This document shows positions 1 through 9,325 of a stretch of DNA of 64,000 nt, in pieces. Origin of the DNA: Planctomycetota bacterium (lineage in GTDB: Bacteria; Planctomycetota; JAJSAM01; JAJVHW01); assembly GCA_965248445.1 (NCBI GenBank), contig CBDFJG010000003.1, positions 1,184,001-1,248,000 of the forward strand. Reading direction: 5' to 3'. The notes beneath the pieces were generated by a model, which had not been told where the DNA came from, made no database searches, and saw nothing but the letters and a program-made list of their open reading frames with translations. The stretch's first letter is position 1. Each line of letters begins with the position of its first letter. A program made the position numbers and the translations under genes.

Positions 1-190
1 TAGCGGCGCACTCATTGCGGTCGATCGTGCCCCCACGCGGCAGCAGGTCTTCGCGCTACCGCCGCGACTGGTCCACGTGACCGAGCACCGGCTGCACCGC
101 GCTCGCTGCACAGGGTGTGGGATGACGTCCACGGGGCGTCTGCCCGATGGCGTCACCGCCAGTCCCTTCGGTCCACGGCTCACCGCACTG
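1..190 (+). pseudogene. IS66-family transposase fragment, interrupted by IS3 at 191 and continuing off the left edge
   Basis: Frame 2 reads ...QQVFALPPRLVHVTEHRLHRARCTGCG..LPDGV..SPFGPRLTAL, homologous to HQVTVLPRVLVTVREHRLHKARCRRC..LPDGVPTGAFGPRLTTL in the IS66 transposase at 30941-32341. Confidence 0.85.
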
Positions 191-245
191 TGGAGTTCCC
201 CCGGTTCGGTGGACACCCGACCACTGAGGTTGGGAGGATGTCCAG

Positions 246-560
246 ATGCCCAGATCGAGACCACCGTACGACGAGGAGTACAAGCGCCAGATCGTCGAGT
301 TGCACCGCGCCGGCCGGAGCGTGATGAGCCTGTGCCGCGAGTTCGAGCCGACGGAGATGACGATCCGCAAGTGGATCAAGCAGGCCGCGCTGGACGCCGG
401 AGAGCGTGACGACGGCTTGACCACCGCGGAGCGCGATGAGCTGCGCAAGCTCAGACGAGATGTGCGCCGGCTGCGCGAGGAGCGCGACATCTTGAAAAAA
501 GCCGCGGCCTGGTTCGCTCGGGAGACGCGCTCGATCCCAGAGAAGGGTTCGGGTTCGTGA
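246..560 (+). CDS. IS3-family transposase OrfA (HTH and leucine zipper)
   Basis: YDEEYKRQIVEL..TIRKWIKQ..ELRKLRRDVRRLREERDILKKAAAWF, typical OrfA. Confidence 0.92.
   Translation: MPRSRPPYDEEYKRQIVELHRAGRSVMSLCREFEPTEMTIRKWIKQAALDAGERDDGLTTAERDELRKLRRDVRRLREERDILKKAAAWFARETRSIPEKGSGS
495..501 (+). promoter_or_regulatory. Programmed -1 frameshift signal (A AAA AAG) for the OrfAB fusion
   Basis: AAAAAAG near the end of orfA, upstream of the -1 frame orfB; canonical IS3 slippery heptamer. Confidence 0.75.
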
Positions 561-1414
561 GCGATCACCAGGCAGAGCACGACGTGGCCACCATGTGTCG
601 GGTCCTCGGCGTCTCGAGGAGCGGGTACTACGCATCGCGCGGCCGTGCGCCCTCGAAGAGAGATCGCGAGGACGCTGCCCTGACCGAGCGCGTCCGCGAG
701 ATCCACGAGCGCTCTCGCCAGACGTACGGATCACCGCGCATCCATGCCGAGCTGCGCTACGAGGGCCTCCACATCGGTAGGAAGCGCGTCGAGCGCCTCA
801 TGCGCCAGGCTGGGATCGAGGGCGTGAGCCGCCGCAAGAGAGCCAAGACCACGAAGCGCTCGCAGCGTCAGGCGCCGGCCGCCGACCTGGTCGATCGCGA
901 CTTCACGGCCGACGCACCCGATCAGCTCTGGGTGGCCGACATCACGTACGTGCCGACCTGGACGGGGTTCCTGTACCTGGCGGTCGTCCTCGACGTCTGG
1001 AGCCGCCGGATCGTCGGCTGGTCCATGGCCACGACGCTCCACACCAAGATCGTGCTGGACGCACTCGAGATGGCCGTGCGCCAGCGCCAGCCCCTCGGAG
1101 TCGTCCACCACTCCGACCAGGGCTGCCAGTACACGTCGCTCGCCTTCGGGCGGCGCTGCAGAGAAGCGGGCGTCAGGCCGTCCATGGGATCGGTCGGAGA
1201 CGCCTACGACAACGCCATGTGCGAGAGCTTCTTCGCCACGCTCGAGACCGAGTTGATCGACCGCACCAGCTTTTCGACCAAGTCCGCAGCGCGGTTGGCG
1301 GTGTTCGACTTCATCGAGGGCTTCTACAATCCGCAGCGGCGACACTCCTCCATCGAGGACCTGTCGCCGATCGAGTTCGAGCGCAGATTCCGGCAGAGGG
1401 CCGGAGTTGCATAG
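557..1414 (+). CDS. IS3-family transposase OrfB (rve/DDE integrase core)
   Basis: WVADITY, HHSDQGCQY and DNAMCESFF motifs. Confidence 0.95.
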   Translation: MSDHQAEHDVATMCRVLGVSRSGYYASRGRAPSKRDREDAALTERVREIHERSRQTYGSPRIHAELRYEGLHIGRKRVERLMRQAGIEGVSRRKRAKTTKRSQRQAPAADLVDRDFTADAPDQLWVADITYVPTWTGFLYLAVVLDVWSRRIVGWSMATTLHTKIVLDALEMAVRQRQPLGVVHHSDQGCQYTSLAFGRRCREAGVRPSMGSVGDAYDNAMCESFFATLETELIDRTSFSTKSAARLAVFDFIEGFYNPQRRHSSIEDLSPIEFERRFRQRAGVA

Positions 1415-1447
1415 CCCCCGGGTGTCCACCGAACCGGGGGAACTCCA

Positions 1448-2127
1448 GTTCGAGTCGGACGCAAGCGCGTCGAGCGACTCATGCGCGAGGCGGGCATCGA
1501 GGGCGTGAGCCGGCGCAAGCGGACGAGGACGACGAAGCGGGCCAAGCGTCACGCACCCGCCGCCGATCTCGTCGACCGCGACTTCACGGCCCACGCCCCG
1601 GACGAGCTCTGGGTCGCGGACATCACGTACGTGCCGACCTGGTCGGGCTTCCTCTACCTCGCCGTCGTCCTCGACGTCTGGAGCCGGCGCATCGTCGGCT
1701 GGTCGATGGCGACGACCTTGCACACCAAGATCGTGCTGGACGCGCTGGAGATGGCCGTTCGTCAGCGTCAGCCCCTCGGCGTCGTGCACCACTCCGACCA
1801 GGGCTGTCAGTACACGTCACTCGCGTTCGGGAAGCGGTGTCGAGAGGCCGGCGTCCGGCCGTCCATGGGCAGCGTCGGCGACGCCTACGACAACGCCATG
1901 TGCGAGAGCTTCTTCGCCACGCTCGAGATGGAGCTCATCGATCGCACCAGCTTCCCGACGAAGTCCGCAGCACGCCTCGCTGTGTTCGACTTCATCGAGG
2001 GCTTCTACAATCCGCAGCGGCGACACTCCTCCATCGAGGACCTGTCGCCCATCGAGTTCGAGAGGCGGCGACGGCCGGAGGCCGCCGTGTCATAGTCCCC
2101 GGGTGTCCACCGAACCGGGGGAACTCC
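1448..2127 (+). pseudogene. 5'-truncated second IS3 element (copy B): C-terminal OrfB and a right IR split by the intron
   Basis: Starts mid-OrfB (VRVGRKRVERLMREAG) directly after the IRR of copy A; stop at 2095; IRR ...ACCGGGGGAACTCC ends at 2127 and its terminal A lies at 4109 after the intron. Confidence 0.9.
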
Positions 2128-4108
2128 GTGCGCCACGAAGGTGTCGATGTCCAGCAAGTGAGAGTCTTGTCCGTGAAACTGACGGTCCACCACGGTAGCT
2201 ACCCGGGCACGGTCGGTCGGCAACGATCGGCGGTGAAGCCCCGGGGACAGGGGGCCGCTTCTGGCGGTCCGGCAAACCCGCAGGCCGCAATGCGTGTGAA
2301 TCCTGAGCAGGCCCCGAAAGTGAAGTCGCAGACGCCGACCCGCCGGAGTTACGGGGAAGGCCGCAGCGCGTCCGGGAAGCGACCGTCAAGCGCACCGGGT
2401 GCGGTCCGCCGGGGTATGGGGAGCAGCATGCGGGGAAGGACATCGTCGCAACGTGGGAGGCCCGGTCGGGTGCGGGGTCGTTGCCCGCAGCGTCACATCT
2501 GGTGGCGGCCTGGCCGGGAGTCGGACGGGTGCGTAGTACCGCTGAAGCCGGGTAGTGCCGGTGGAGGGAAGGCGCCCTACGTCTGGGACGCTCTCGAAGC
2601 GGCCAAGGGTCGGGGATTGGCGTGAGCCTGGTAACCCCACCGAAGATCCGGCGGCTGCAGAGGAAGCTCTACGCGAAGGCGAAACAGGAGCCGGGCTTTC
2701 GCTTCTACCAGCTCTACGACAAGGTCCACCGGGAGGACATCTTGGCCCATGCGTACGCGCTCTGCCGCAGCAACGGTGGTGCGCCCGGCGTGGACGGGGT
2801 GGACTTCGCGGAGATCGAGTCAGCGGGGCTTGCGGAGTGGCTGTCGCGGCTCGGGGAGGAAGTGCGGAGCAAGAGATACAAGCCGGACCCGGTGCGCCGG
2901 GTCCTGATTCCGAAACCTGGTGGTGGCGAGCGCCCGCTTGGGATTCCGACCATTCGGGACCGAGTGGTGCAGACCGCTGCCAAGCTGATCCTGGAATCGA
3001 TCTTCGAGGCGGACTTCGAGGACTGTGCCTTCGGGTACCGTCCGAAGAGAAGCGCCCAGCAGGCGGTGAAGGCCGTGCACCGGGCCCTTTGTCAGGGCTA
3101 CACGGACGTGGTCGACGCCGACCTGTCGAAGTACTTCGACACGATCCCGCATCATGCACTGATGCATTCGGTGGCCCGCCGTGTGATGGACCGCCATATG
3201 CTGAAGCTCATCAAGGGCTGGCTGAAGGTGCCGGTCTGGGAGCGGGACGGCGACGGACGCACGCGGATGTCGGGCGGCAAGAAGAGTCGCTGCGGCACGC
3301 CGCAGGGCGGCGTCATCAGCCCCCTGCTCGCAAACGTGTACATGCACCGCTTCTTGCGGGCATGGCGCGAACGCGGCAAGGGCTACGCGTTTCGGGCGCA
3401 CATCGTCAACTACGCGGACGACTTCGTCATCCTGAGCCACGGCAACGCGGCAGAGGCTCTGGCGTGGACGCGCGGTGTGATGGGCGCCATCGGCCTTTCG
3501 CTGAACGAGACCAAGACTCGCCTGTGCAACGGTCGCACGGAGTGCTTCGACTTCTTGGGCTACACCTTCGGCCCGGCGCGCTACTGGAAGACCGGGAGCG
3601 CATACCTGGGAGCGATGCCGTCGAAGAAGGCGGTGGCGCGGCTGAAGCGCCGTGTCCACGAGGAACTGGGAAGAGGGATTGTCTCGCCGTGGGACGAGGT
3701 GCGTCTACGCCTGAACCGGGTCCTCCGGGGCTGGTCGGCGTACTTCAACTACGGCGCGCGCCGCAAGTCGTACCGAGCGATCGACAACTACGTCGAGAGC
3801 GCGGTGCGCGACTTTCTCCAGCGCCGCCACAAGGTGCCTGGACGGGGCATTCGGCGCTTCGGCGCGGCCACGATCTTCGGGCCGCTCGGCGTGCTGCGTC
3901 TGCGTGACGTGCAACTGGATGGACTGTGACAGCCAACGCGAGAACCCAGTCGGGAAGCCGGATGCGGGAGATCCGCACGTCCGGTTTGACGAGCGGGGGC
4001 GGAAGACGGAGCTACGACGGGACCTGAGGCACCGGCACCGTGGCGAAAGCCGCCGGCGAACTGCTACTCATCCCGATCTATGGCCACCGCGTCCGCCCTC
4101 GACTCCAC
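2128..4108 (+). ncRNA. Group II intron (IIB-like, En-minus IEP), full length
   Basis: 5' GTGCG at 2128; domain V GAAGCCGGATGCGGGAGATCCGCACGTCCGGTTTG (3954-3988, AGC triad); domain VI with bulged A and 3' end ...GACTCCAC at 4108; EBS1 GGAGTT at 2345-2350. Confidence 0.93.
2622..3929 (+). CDS. ltrA: Group II intron reverse transcriptase/maturase without endonuclease domain
   Basis: GAPGVDG, RPLGIPTIRDRVVQ, GTPQGGVISPLLANVY, YADD and FDFLGY motifs plus thumb/X domain; no HNH C-terminus. Confidence 0.95.
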   Translation: MSLVTPPKIRRLQRKLYAKAKQEPGFRFYQLYDKVHREDILAHAYALCRSNGGAPGVDGVDFAEIESAGLAEWLSRLGEEVRSKRYKPDPVRRVLIPKPGGGERPLGIPTIRDRVVQTAAKLILESIFEADFEDCAFGYRPKRSAQQAVKAVHRALCQGYTDVVDADLSKYFDTIPHHALMHSVARRVMDRHMLKLIKGWLKVPVWERDGDGRTRMSGGKKSRCGTPQGGVISPLLANVYMHRFLRAWRERGKGYAFRAHIVNYADDFVILSHGNAAEALAWTRGVMGAIGLSLNETKTRLCNGRTECFDFLGYTFGPARYWKTGSAYLGAMPSKKAVARLKRRVHEELGRGIVSPWDEVRLRLNRVLRGWSAYFNYGARRKSYRAIDNYVESAVRDFLQRRHKVPGRGIRRFGAATIFGPLGVLRLRDVQLDGL

Positions 4109-4138
4109 ACTGGTTCTGTACCGGCGAGGGCTCGCGCC

Positions 4139-5341
4139 TTACCAGTCGCTCCACGAGAAGCCGCGCGGCAGCATGTCCCGGAACAGCTGGTCCCGTTCGT
4201 CTCGCTGGCGCTTGCGCTGCTCGATCTCTTCGCGATCCTCCGCGGAGAGCTCGCCAAGACCGAGGCCACGGGCAACCCTTCCCGCGAGCGCAAGCGCAAG
4301 CGCATCTCCGTGATCCGGTGAGCGTCCGGTCCGGTCGCGGATGCGCTTCTTCGGCTCAAGCGCGACTCGGCCGTCGGACTTCATCTCATACTTCGGGGCA
4401 CAGAGGTCCGCTCGCAGGATGTCCTTCACATCGGGGTTGAGGTCGGCGAGAGCGGCTTTCTCACGAAGCCACGTGCGCAGATCCCACCAGAGCTCGGTGC
4501 GGCGATTGGCGAACGTCTCCTCGCCCTTGTAGCCAACCGCCTTGCTGCCGAAGTTGACGGCATTCACGCCCCAGCCGAGTTCGCGGAGACGATCCGTTAC
4601 TCCCCCGCCGACGCCGGTGTCGTCGATCGCGATCCGCCAGGCGTCCGGTATCCACATGCCGAGGTCGCGTGCAAGTGCCACAACGCGGCCGGCGGTGCGC
4701 ATCGTGTCTTGCCCCGACCACGACTCGACATGCGCAACGGCTCCACCGCGGACGACGTAGATCACGGTCTCGTCCGATCCGAAGCGAGCAACGTCCACAC
4801 CGATCGTCGGACGCTCTTCGCACTCCTCGGCCGCTGATCGCGCCAGGGCGCGCTCTACCTCTGCGATCGAGATCAGTGTGTCGATGGCCGTCTCGGGGAA
4901 CAGCCCCAGCACCTTGGTCTGGTAGATGACGCTCCCCTCGCCCCACCGCCGACGCATCTCGTCCACCCACTTCTGGGTCACGCCCCACGGCTGTTGCACA
5001 GCACCGGGCTGGAGGTTCGGGCAATCGAACGCGCTGATGCGCAGCACGCGCCAGTCGGGTGATCGACACACCCGTTCGAACTCTGTTCCGCTCGCGGGGT
5101 TGCCGATGGCGAGGACCTTGGCGTTCTCGGACGTAAGCAGAGAGTCCACCGCGGCCCACACTTCGCGTGCAATGCCACCGGCCTCGTCCAGGATCACGAG
5201 CAAGTGGCCGCTGTGGTAGCCGCTCATCCGCACGGCGCTCTCCTGCGCCTTATCGGGGCTGGTGGCAAACCCCGTCGCGAACCAGTCTGCCTCGATCTCC
5301 CAGTGCGTGAGGCTCGGCGTACCGAGACCGGGGTCGCCACC
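4139..5341 (-). pseudogene. Phage terminase large subunit, N-terminally truncated by IS insertion
   Basis: Walker B LLVILDEAGG, LAIGNP, nuclease motifs IGVDVARFGSDETV, IAIDDTGVGGGVTDRL and SPDHGDALALA; frame stays open up to the IS junction but has no Walker A or N-terminus. Confidence 0.88.
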
Positions 5342-5343
5342 TA

Positions 5344-6821
5344 GCAGCGTGTTGAAAAACCGCGTCCCGGCCGATTCTTAGAAGTAGGGGTCGGCCCGGG
5401 AGGACGGTCATGGCATTGGGTAGGCGTGGCGAGGAGCAACAGGGGGCGTTGTGGGTGGCTGCGGAGCGACTGAGGTCGCCGGGGCACCCGTTTTACGACG
5501 CGCTCAACCGCCTCCTGGCCGAGATCGACTTCGACCCGCGGATCGAGGAGTTGTGTGCGTCGTACTACGGCGAAGGCGGTCGCCCGAGCATCCCGCCCGG
5601 CGTGTACTACCGCATGCTGTTCGTGGGCTACTTCGAAGGTCTTGGTAGCCAGCGCGCGATCGAGTGGCGCTGCGCGGACAGCCTGTCGCTTCGCAGCTTC
5701 CTGGGGCTCTCGGCGAGCGATCGCGTGCCGGACCACTCCTCGCTCACGCGCATCCGGCAGCGTCTGGCGCTCGAGATCGACGAGGCGGTGCACCATATGG
5801 TGCTGGGACTGGCGGCGACCAAGGATCTGTTGGAGGGCAAGACGCTGGGGGTGGACGTGACGCTGATCGAGGCGTGCGCGGCGATGCGGCGCATCGTGCG
5901 TCGCGAGGACGGCAAGGACTGGAAGCAGTACGTGAAGGGGCTTGCCGAGCAGGATGGCGTGGAGATCCGGGACGACGAGGATCTGCGGCGCTACGACAAG
6001 AAGCGCCGCAAGAAACGGGTGAGCAACAAGGAGTGGGAGTCGCCGACGGACGAAGACGCGCGCATCGCCAAGATGAAGGACGGCCGCACGCGCCTGGCCT
6101 TCAAGGTCCAGCACGCCGTCGCCATGCAGAGCGGCATCGTGGTGGACGCCGCGGCGCACACGGCCGACACCGCGGACTCCGCCGCGATCGAGGAGGGTGT
6201 GCTCTGCGCGCAGGTGCATATGGACGAGGCCGACGCCGACGCGCAGGTCGCTGAGGTCGTGGCCGACAAGGGCTACCACAAGGCCGAGGTGCTGGCGGCC
6301 CTCACGGAGAGCGGACTGCGCACCTACGTGCCCGAGCGCAGCGACGCGCAGCGGCGGCGCTGGATGGACAAGCCGGCGAGTTGGAAGAGCGCGGTGTACG
6401 GGAACCGCCGGCGCGTGAAGGGCACCTACGGCAAGGCACTGCAGCGTCGCCGCGGCGAGATGGTCGAACGGAGCTTCGCGCACGCGTGTGACAGCGGAGG
6501 CATGCGTCGATCGACGTTACGCGGACTGCTGAACGTCCACCGACGAGTGCTCGTGCAGGCCGTCGCCATGAACCTCGGGACGATCCTGCGCTCGATGATC
6601 GGCGTGGGGACTCCCAAGCGGCTGGCGGAGGCGTCGAAGGGCCTTGCAGCGGTCGGATGCGGCGTCTCTCGAGCCCTTCGAGCCGCGGCGGCGGTGCTCC
6701 GTGCCGCGAAAGTGCGAGGCGGCCTCGGCGAGGTGTCCGCGACTTGGTCCCGGACCGGGCCGTCCCAACCGCGCCCATCGAGAGCACTCGCGGCGTGAGG
6801 GCCGCTTCTTCAACACGCTGC
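5344..6821 (+). mobile_element. IS1182/IS5-like insertion sequence
   Basis: IRs GCAGCGTGTTGAAAAA / TTCTTCAACACGCTGC; flanked by TA on both sides (cTAg left, cTAa right). Confidence 0.88.
5410..6798 (+). CDS. IS1182/IS5-like DDE transposase (DUF772 N-terminus)
   Basis: GRPSIPP, PDHSSLTRIR, VADKGY and RRRGEMVERSFAH motifs. Confidence 0.9.
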   Translation: MALGRRGEEQQGALWVAAERLRSPGHPFYDALNRLLAEIDFDPRIEELCASYYGEGGRPSIPPGVYYRMLFVGYFEGLGSQRAIEWRCADSLSLRSFLGLSASDRVPDHSSLTRIRQRLALEIDEAVHHMVLGLAATKDLLEGKTLGVDVTLIEACAAMRRIVRREDGKDWKQYVKGLAEQDGVEIRDDEDLRRYDKKRRKKRVSNKEWESPTDEDARIAKMKDGRTRLAFKVQHAVAMQSGIVVDAAAHTADTADSAAIEEGVLCAQVHMDEADADAQVAEVVADKGYHKAEVLAALTESGLRTYVPERSDAQRRRWMDKPASWKSAVYGNRRRVKGTYGKALQRRRGEMVERSFAHACDSGGMRRSTLRGLLNVHRRVLVQAVAMNLGTILRSMIGVGTPKRLAEASKGLAAVGCGVSRALRAAAAVLRAAKVRGGLGEVSATWSRTGPSQPRPSRALAA

Positions 6822-6824
6822 TAA

Positions 6825-8493
6825 CCCGAATCGTTCACCAGCCGGGAATCTGAGCGGGCCGTCGTCTGTCTAAGTGCTCGTACGCGCCAGTACTTGCACC
6901 GACAGGAGCGCCGGCCCGATGACGACAGACTGTAGCCCGCAGGGGACCCTCTTCGCGGGCATCTGTGGACGCACCGCGGTGACGCGCTTCGACGCGGGTA
7001 CCGTGACGAGCGACGGGGGCGTGCTGCTGCTCGAGCGGACCGATCGTCGCATCGATCTGCTCTCGCGGTTTGCGCGCTGCTTCCGCGATCACCGCGACCC
7101 GCGTCGGGTCGAGCACACGGTCGGCCAGATGCTGCGTCAGCGGGTCTTCGGGCTGTGCGCGGGCTACGAGGATCTGGTGGACCACGACCATGTCGGCAAG
7201 GACCCGCTGTTTGCCGCGGCGTGCGGCAAGCGCGAGGGTGCTCTGGCCACGCACCCGACGCTCTCGCGGCTCGAGACCACGCAGCTCGGCGCCACGGCAC
7301 AGACGCGCTACGCCAAGATCGAGATGGACCAGGAGCGCGTGGACAGCGTGCTCAGCGACGTCTTCTGCGAGGCCATGGGGCCGGAGGATCCGGGCCTGCT
7401 CGTGCTGGACCTGGACCACTCCGACGTGCGGCTGCACGGCCGGCAGGAGGGCCGCTTCTTCCACGGCTACTACGGGCACTACTGCTACCTGCCGCTGTAC
7501 GTCTTCTGCGGCGAGCACCTCTTGCTCGCTCGGCTCCAGACCGCTGACAGAGATCCCGCGCGCGGAGTCGTGGACGAGCTCCGTGCGCTGGTCTTACGTC
7601 TGCGGCGCCGCTGGCCCCGGGCCAAGGTGCTCGTGCGCGCAGACTCGGGCTTTTGCCGCGAGGAGCTGATGGCCTGGTGCGAGGCCGCCGGCCACTTCTA
7701 CCTGCTGGGCATGGCGCGCAATGAGCGCCTTGAGCGACACGTCGAAGACGCGCTCGATGAGGCCGCAGCCCGTGCCGTGCAGACCGGCCGAGCAGCCCGG
7801 GTCTTTCGCGACTTTGCCTGGACCACGCTGGGGAGCTGGAGCCAGAGGCGTCGCGTGGTCGCCAAGGCCGAGCACCTGCCGGGCGGCAAGCGCAATCCCC
7901 GCTTCGTGGTGACCAATCTGCCGCCTCGTAGCTGGAGCAGCAAGCGTCTCTACGAGCAGCTCTACTGCGCCCGGGGCGAGGCGGAGAATCGCATCAAGGA
8001 GCAGCAGCTCGAGCTCTTCGGCACCCGTCTGTCGGTGCACACGATGCAGGGCAACGCCGTGCGGATGGCCATGTCGGCCATGGCCTACGTCCTGACCTGT
8101 GCGCTGCGACGCATCGGTCTCGCCGGCACCGAGATGGCGCGTGCGCAAGCCGGCACGATCCGCCTGCGGCTGCTCAAGATCGGCGCGCTCGTGCGGATCA
8201 CGACGCGCCGGATCTGGGTCTCGATGTCCTCGTCGTGGCCCTGGCAGCACGTCTTCGAGCGCTGCGCGCAACGACTGCTGGCATCCCCGAAGCCGACCTG
8301 ACGTCCCGCCGCGCCGTCCGCCACACCACCGCCCGGCCTACGGTCTGCCCACACCGCAGAATCCGCGCCGTTTCGGCCGCTCACTCGCGTTGCCCTTGTG
8401 GCAACGACGACAGCATCCGCCCTCGCCTGGCCAAGATCTGACCCTGTGGACTCCGAAAGCACCGTCATCGCGATGTCTCGTGAACAGATGCGG
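6825..8493 (+). mobile_element. IS1380-family element, copy 1 (1669 bp)
   Basis: Ends CCCGAATCGTTCAC / GTGAACAGATGCGG; near-identical to 23618-25286; flanks CTAA and CTAG. Confidence 0.93.
6919..8301 (+). CDS. IS1380-family transposase (DDE_Tnp_1_4)
   Basis: TSDGGVLLL, LDLD..DV.LHG.QEG.FFHGYY..YCYLPL, VRADSGF and YCARGEAENRIKE; AGGAG RBS before the ATG at 6919. Confidence 0.94.
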   Translation: MTTDCSPQGTLFAGICGRTAVTRFDAGTVTSDGGVLLLERTDRRIDLLSRFARCFRDHRDPRRVEHTVGQMLRQRVFGLCAGYEDLVDHDHVGKDPLFAAACGKREGALATHPTLSRLETTQLGATAQTRYAKIEMDQERVDSVLSDVFCEAMGPEDPGLLVLDLDHSDVRLHGRQEGRFFHGYYGHYCYLPLYVFCGEHLLLARLQTADRDPARGVVDELRALVLRLRRRWPRAKVLVRADSGFCREELMAWCEAAGHFYLLGMARNERLERHVEDALDEAAARAVQTGRAARVFRDFAWTTLGSWSQRRRVVAKAEHLPGGKRNPRFVVTNLPPRSWSSKRLYEQLYCARGEAENRIKEQQLELFGTRLSVHTMQGNAVRMAMSAMAYVLTCALRRIGLAGTEMARAQAGTIRLRLLKIGALVRITTRRIWVSMSSSWPWQHVFERCAQRLLASPKPT

Positions 8494-8555
8494 CTAGCGG
8501 CGCGGATCGCACCGCCAGTCGCCTTTGCCTTCCGGTGGGCAAGTTGCCCCAAGCG

Positions 8556-9011
8556 TCAGACCGTCGGTGTCTCCGTCGTCGGAGTGGGCTCCTGAGCGGC
8601 CTTCTTCGGCGCGGCGCCCGCGCGCTTCGAAGCTTTTGGCTTCGCCGGCTTCGGATCCGTCACTCGAAACCACAGCATCCCGTTGATCGACTTGGCCCCC
8701 GTCACCTTGGCCGCCAGCGCGGAGAGGGAGCGGTACTCGCTGCCCTCCCAGCGGAAGCCCGCGTCCAGGACGACGACCCGGATCTCCCGCCCCTTGTCGG
8801 GCCGGATGAGCGTCGTTCCCGCCGCGGGGAGCCGCGGGTCGCGCGGCCGCTGGGGAGCGGGCTCCGTCGGCTCGGCGGCCGTCGGCTTGGCCGTCTTGCG
8901 CGTCGCCTTGGCAGTCTTCTTCGCCGTCGCCTTCTTGGCGCGAGTCGTCTTCGTGGCCTTTGTGGCCGGGGGCGCGGACCGGGTCCGCTTGCGCTGCGCG
9001 TGCTTGGTCAT
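8556..9011 (-). CDS. DUF2924-family protein with Lys/Ala-rich N-terminus
   Basis: RDPRLP..GT.L.R..KGR...V.V...GF.WEG..YRSLSALA..VTG..INGM.WF signature. Confidence 0.8.
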   Translation of the reverse strand: MTKHAQRKRTRSAPPATKATKTTRAKKATAKKTAKATRKTAKPTAAEPTEPAPQRPRDPRLPAAGTTLIRPDKGREIRVVVLDAGFRWEGSEYRSLSALAAKVTGAKSINGMLWFRVTDPKPAKPKASKRAGAAPKKAAQEPTPTTETPTV

Positions 9012-9143
9012 GAAGCACCTCCTTGTCTGCGGACATTCGCTCGACTGCGCGCTCGATAGCGAGGTGTCGCCGCCCTGAAACACAGGAAACACAAAGGTTT
9101 CGAGGCGACGAGAACCGCCTTGACTTGGAAGCTGTGAGATGCC

Positions 9144-9325
9144 TCAAGCGACCGCTTCGACGGTCCAGATCTCGTCGTCCTGGCTGGTCCGGTAGAGGGA
9201 AGTCTGGGCGTCGAAGTCCCACCGCTCGTTGAGCAAGAAGACGCCCGCGACCTCGAGCCCACCCGCGGCACCCGTGTGCCCCGACAGAACACGCCGCAGC
9301 GCGAGCCCGAGCGCCGTTGCCTCGC
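9144..9325 (-). pseudogene. C-terminal fragment of a phage tail-completion (DUF3168/gp17-like) protein
   Basis: EATALGLALRRVLSGHTGAAGGLEVAGVFLLNERWDFDAQTSLYRTSQDDEIW; no N-terminus, abuts the AbiEii fragment. Confidence 0.55.

Larger units (their letters stand above)
191..1447 (+). mobile_element. Complete IS3-family insertion sequence (copy A, 1257 bp)
   Basis: IRL TGGAGTTCCCCCGGTTCGGTGGACACCCG at 191; IRR CGGGTGTCCACCGAACCGGGGGAACTCCA ending at 1447; TG...CA termini; orfA/orfB layout. Confidence 0.95.

Noticed and set aside
1219..2625. Long alternative-frame and antisense ORFs here and throughout (e.g. 13620-15800, 37089-39122, 55529-57814)
   Set aside because: They are Arg/Pro/Gly-rich shadow ORFs expected in high-GC DNA and overlap well-supported genes.
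2622..3929. RT as a retron, DGR, Abi or CRISPR-associated RT
   Set aside because: It lies within complete group II intron RNA boundaries with domains V and VI and has a maturase domain; no template/variable repeat pair, msr-msd or cas genes seen.
4015..4085. Hammerhead-like words (CTGAGG...CGAAA/CGAAC) inside intron domain VI
   Set aside because: The segment pairs as an unbranched rod; it has no CUGANGA core or three-way junction.
2128..4108. Class IIC intron inserted after a terminator or attC hairpin
   Set aside because: Domain V is full length with an AGC triad, a 6-nt EBS1-IBS1 match is present, and the upstream exon is an IS end rather than a hairpin.
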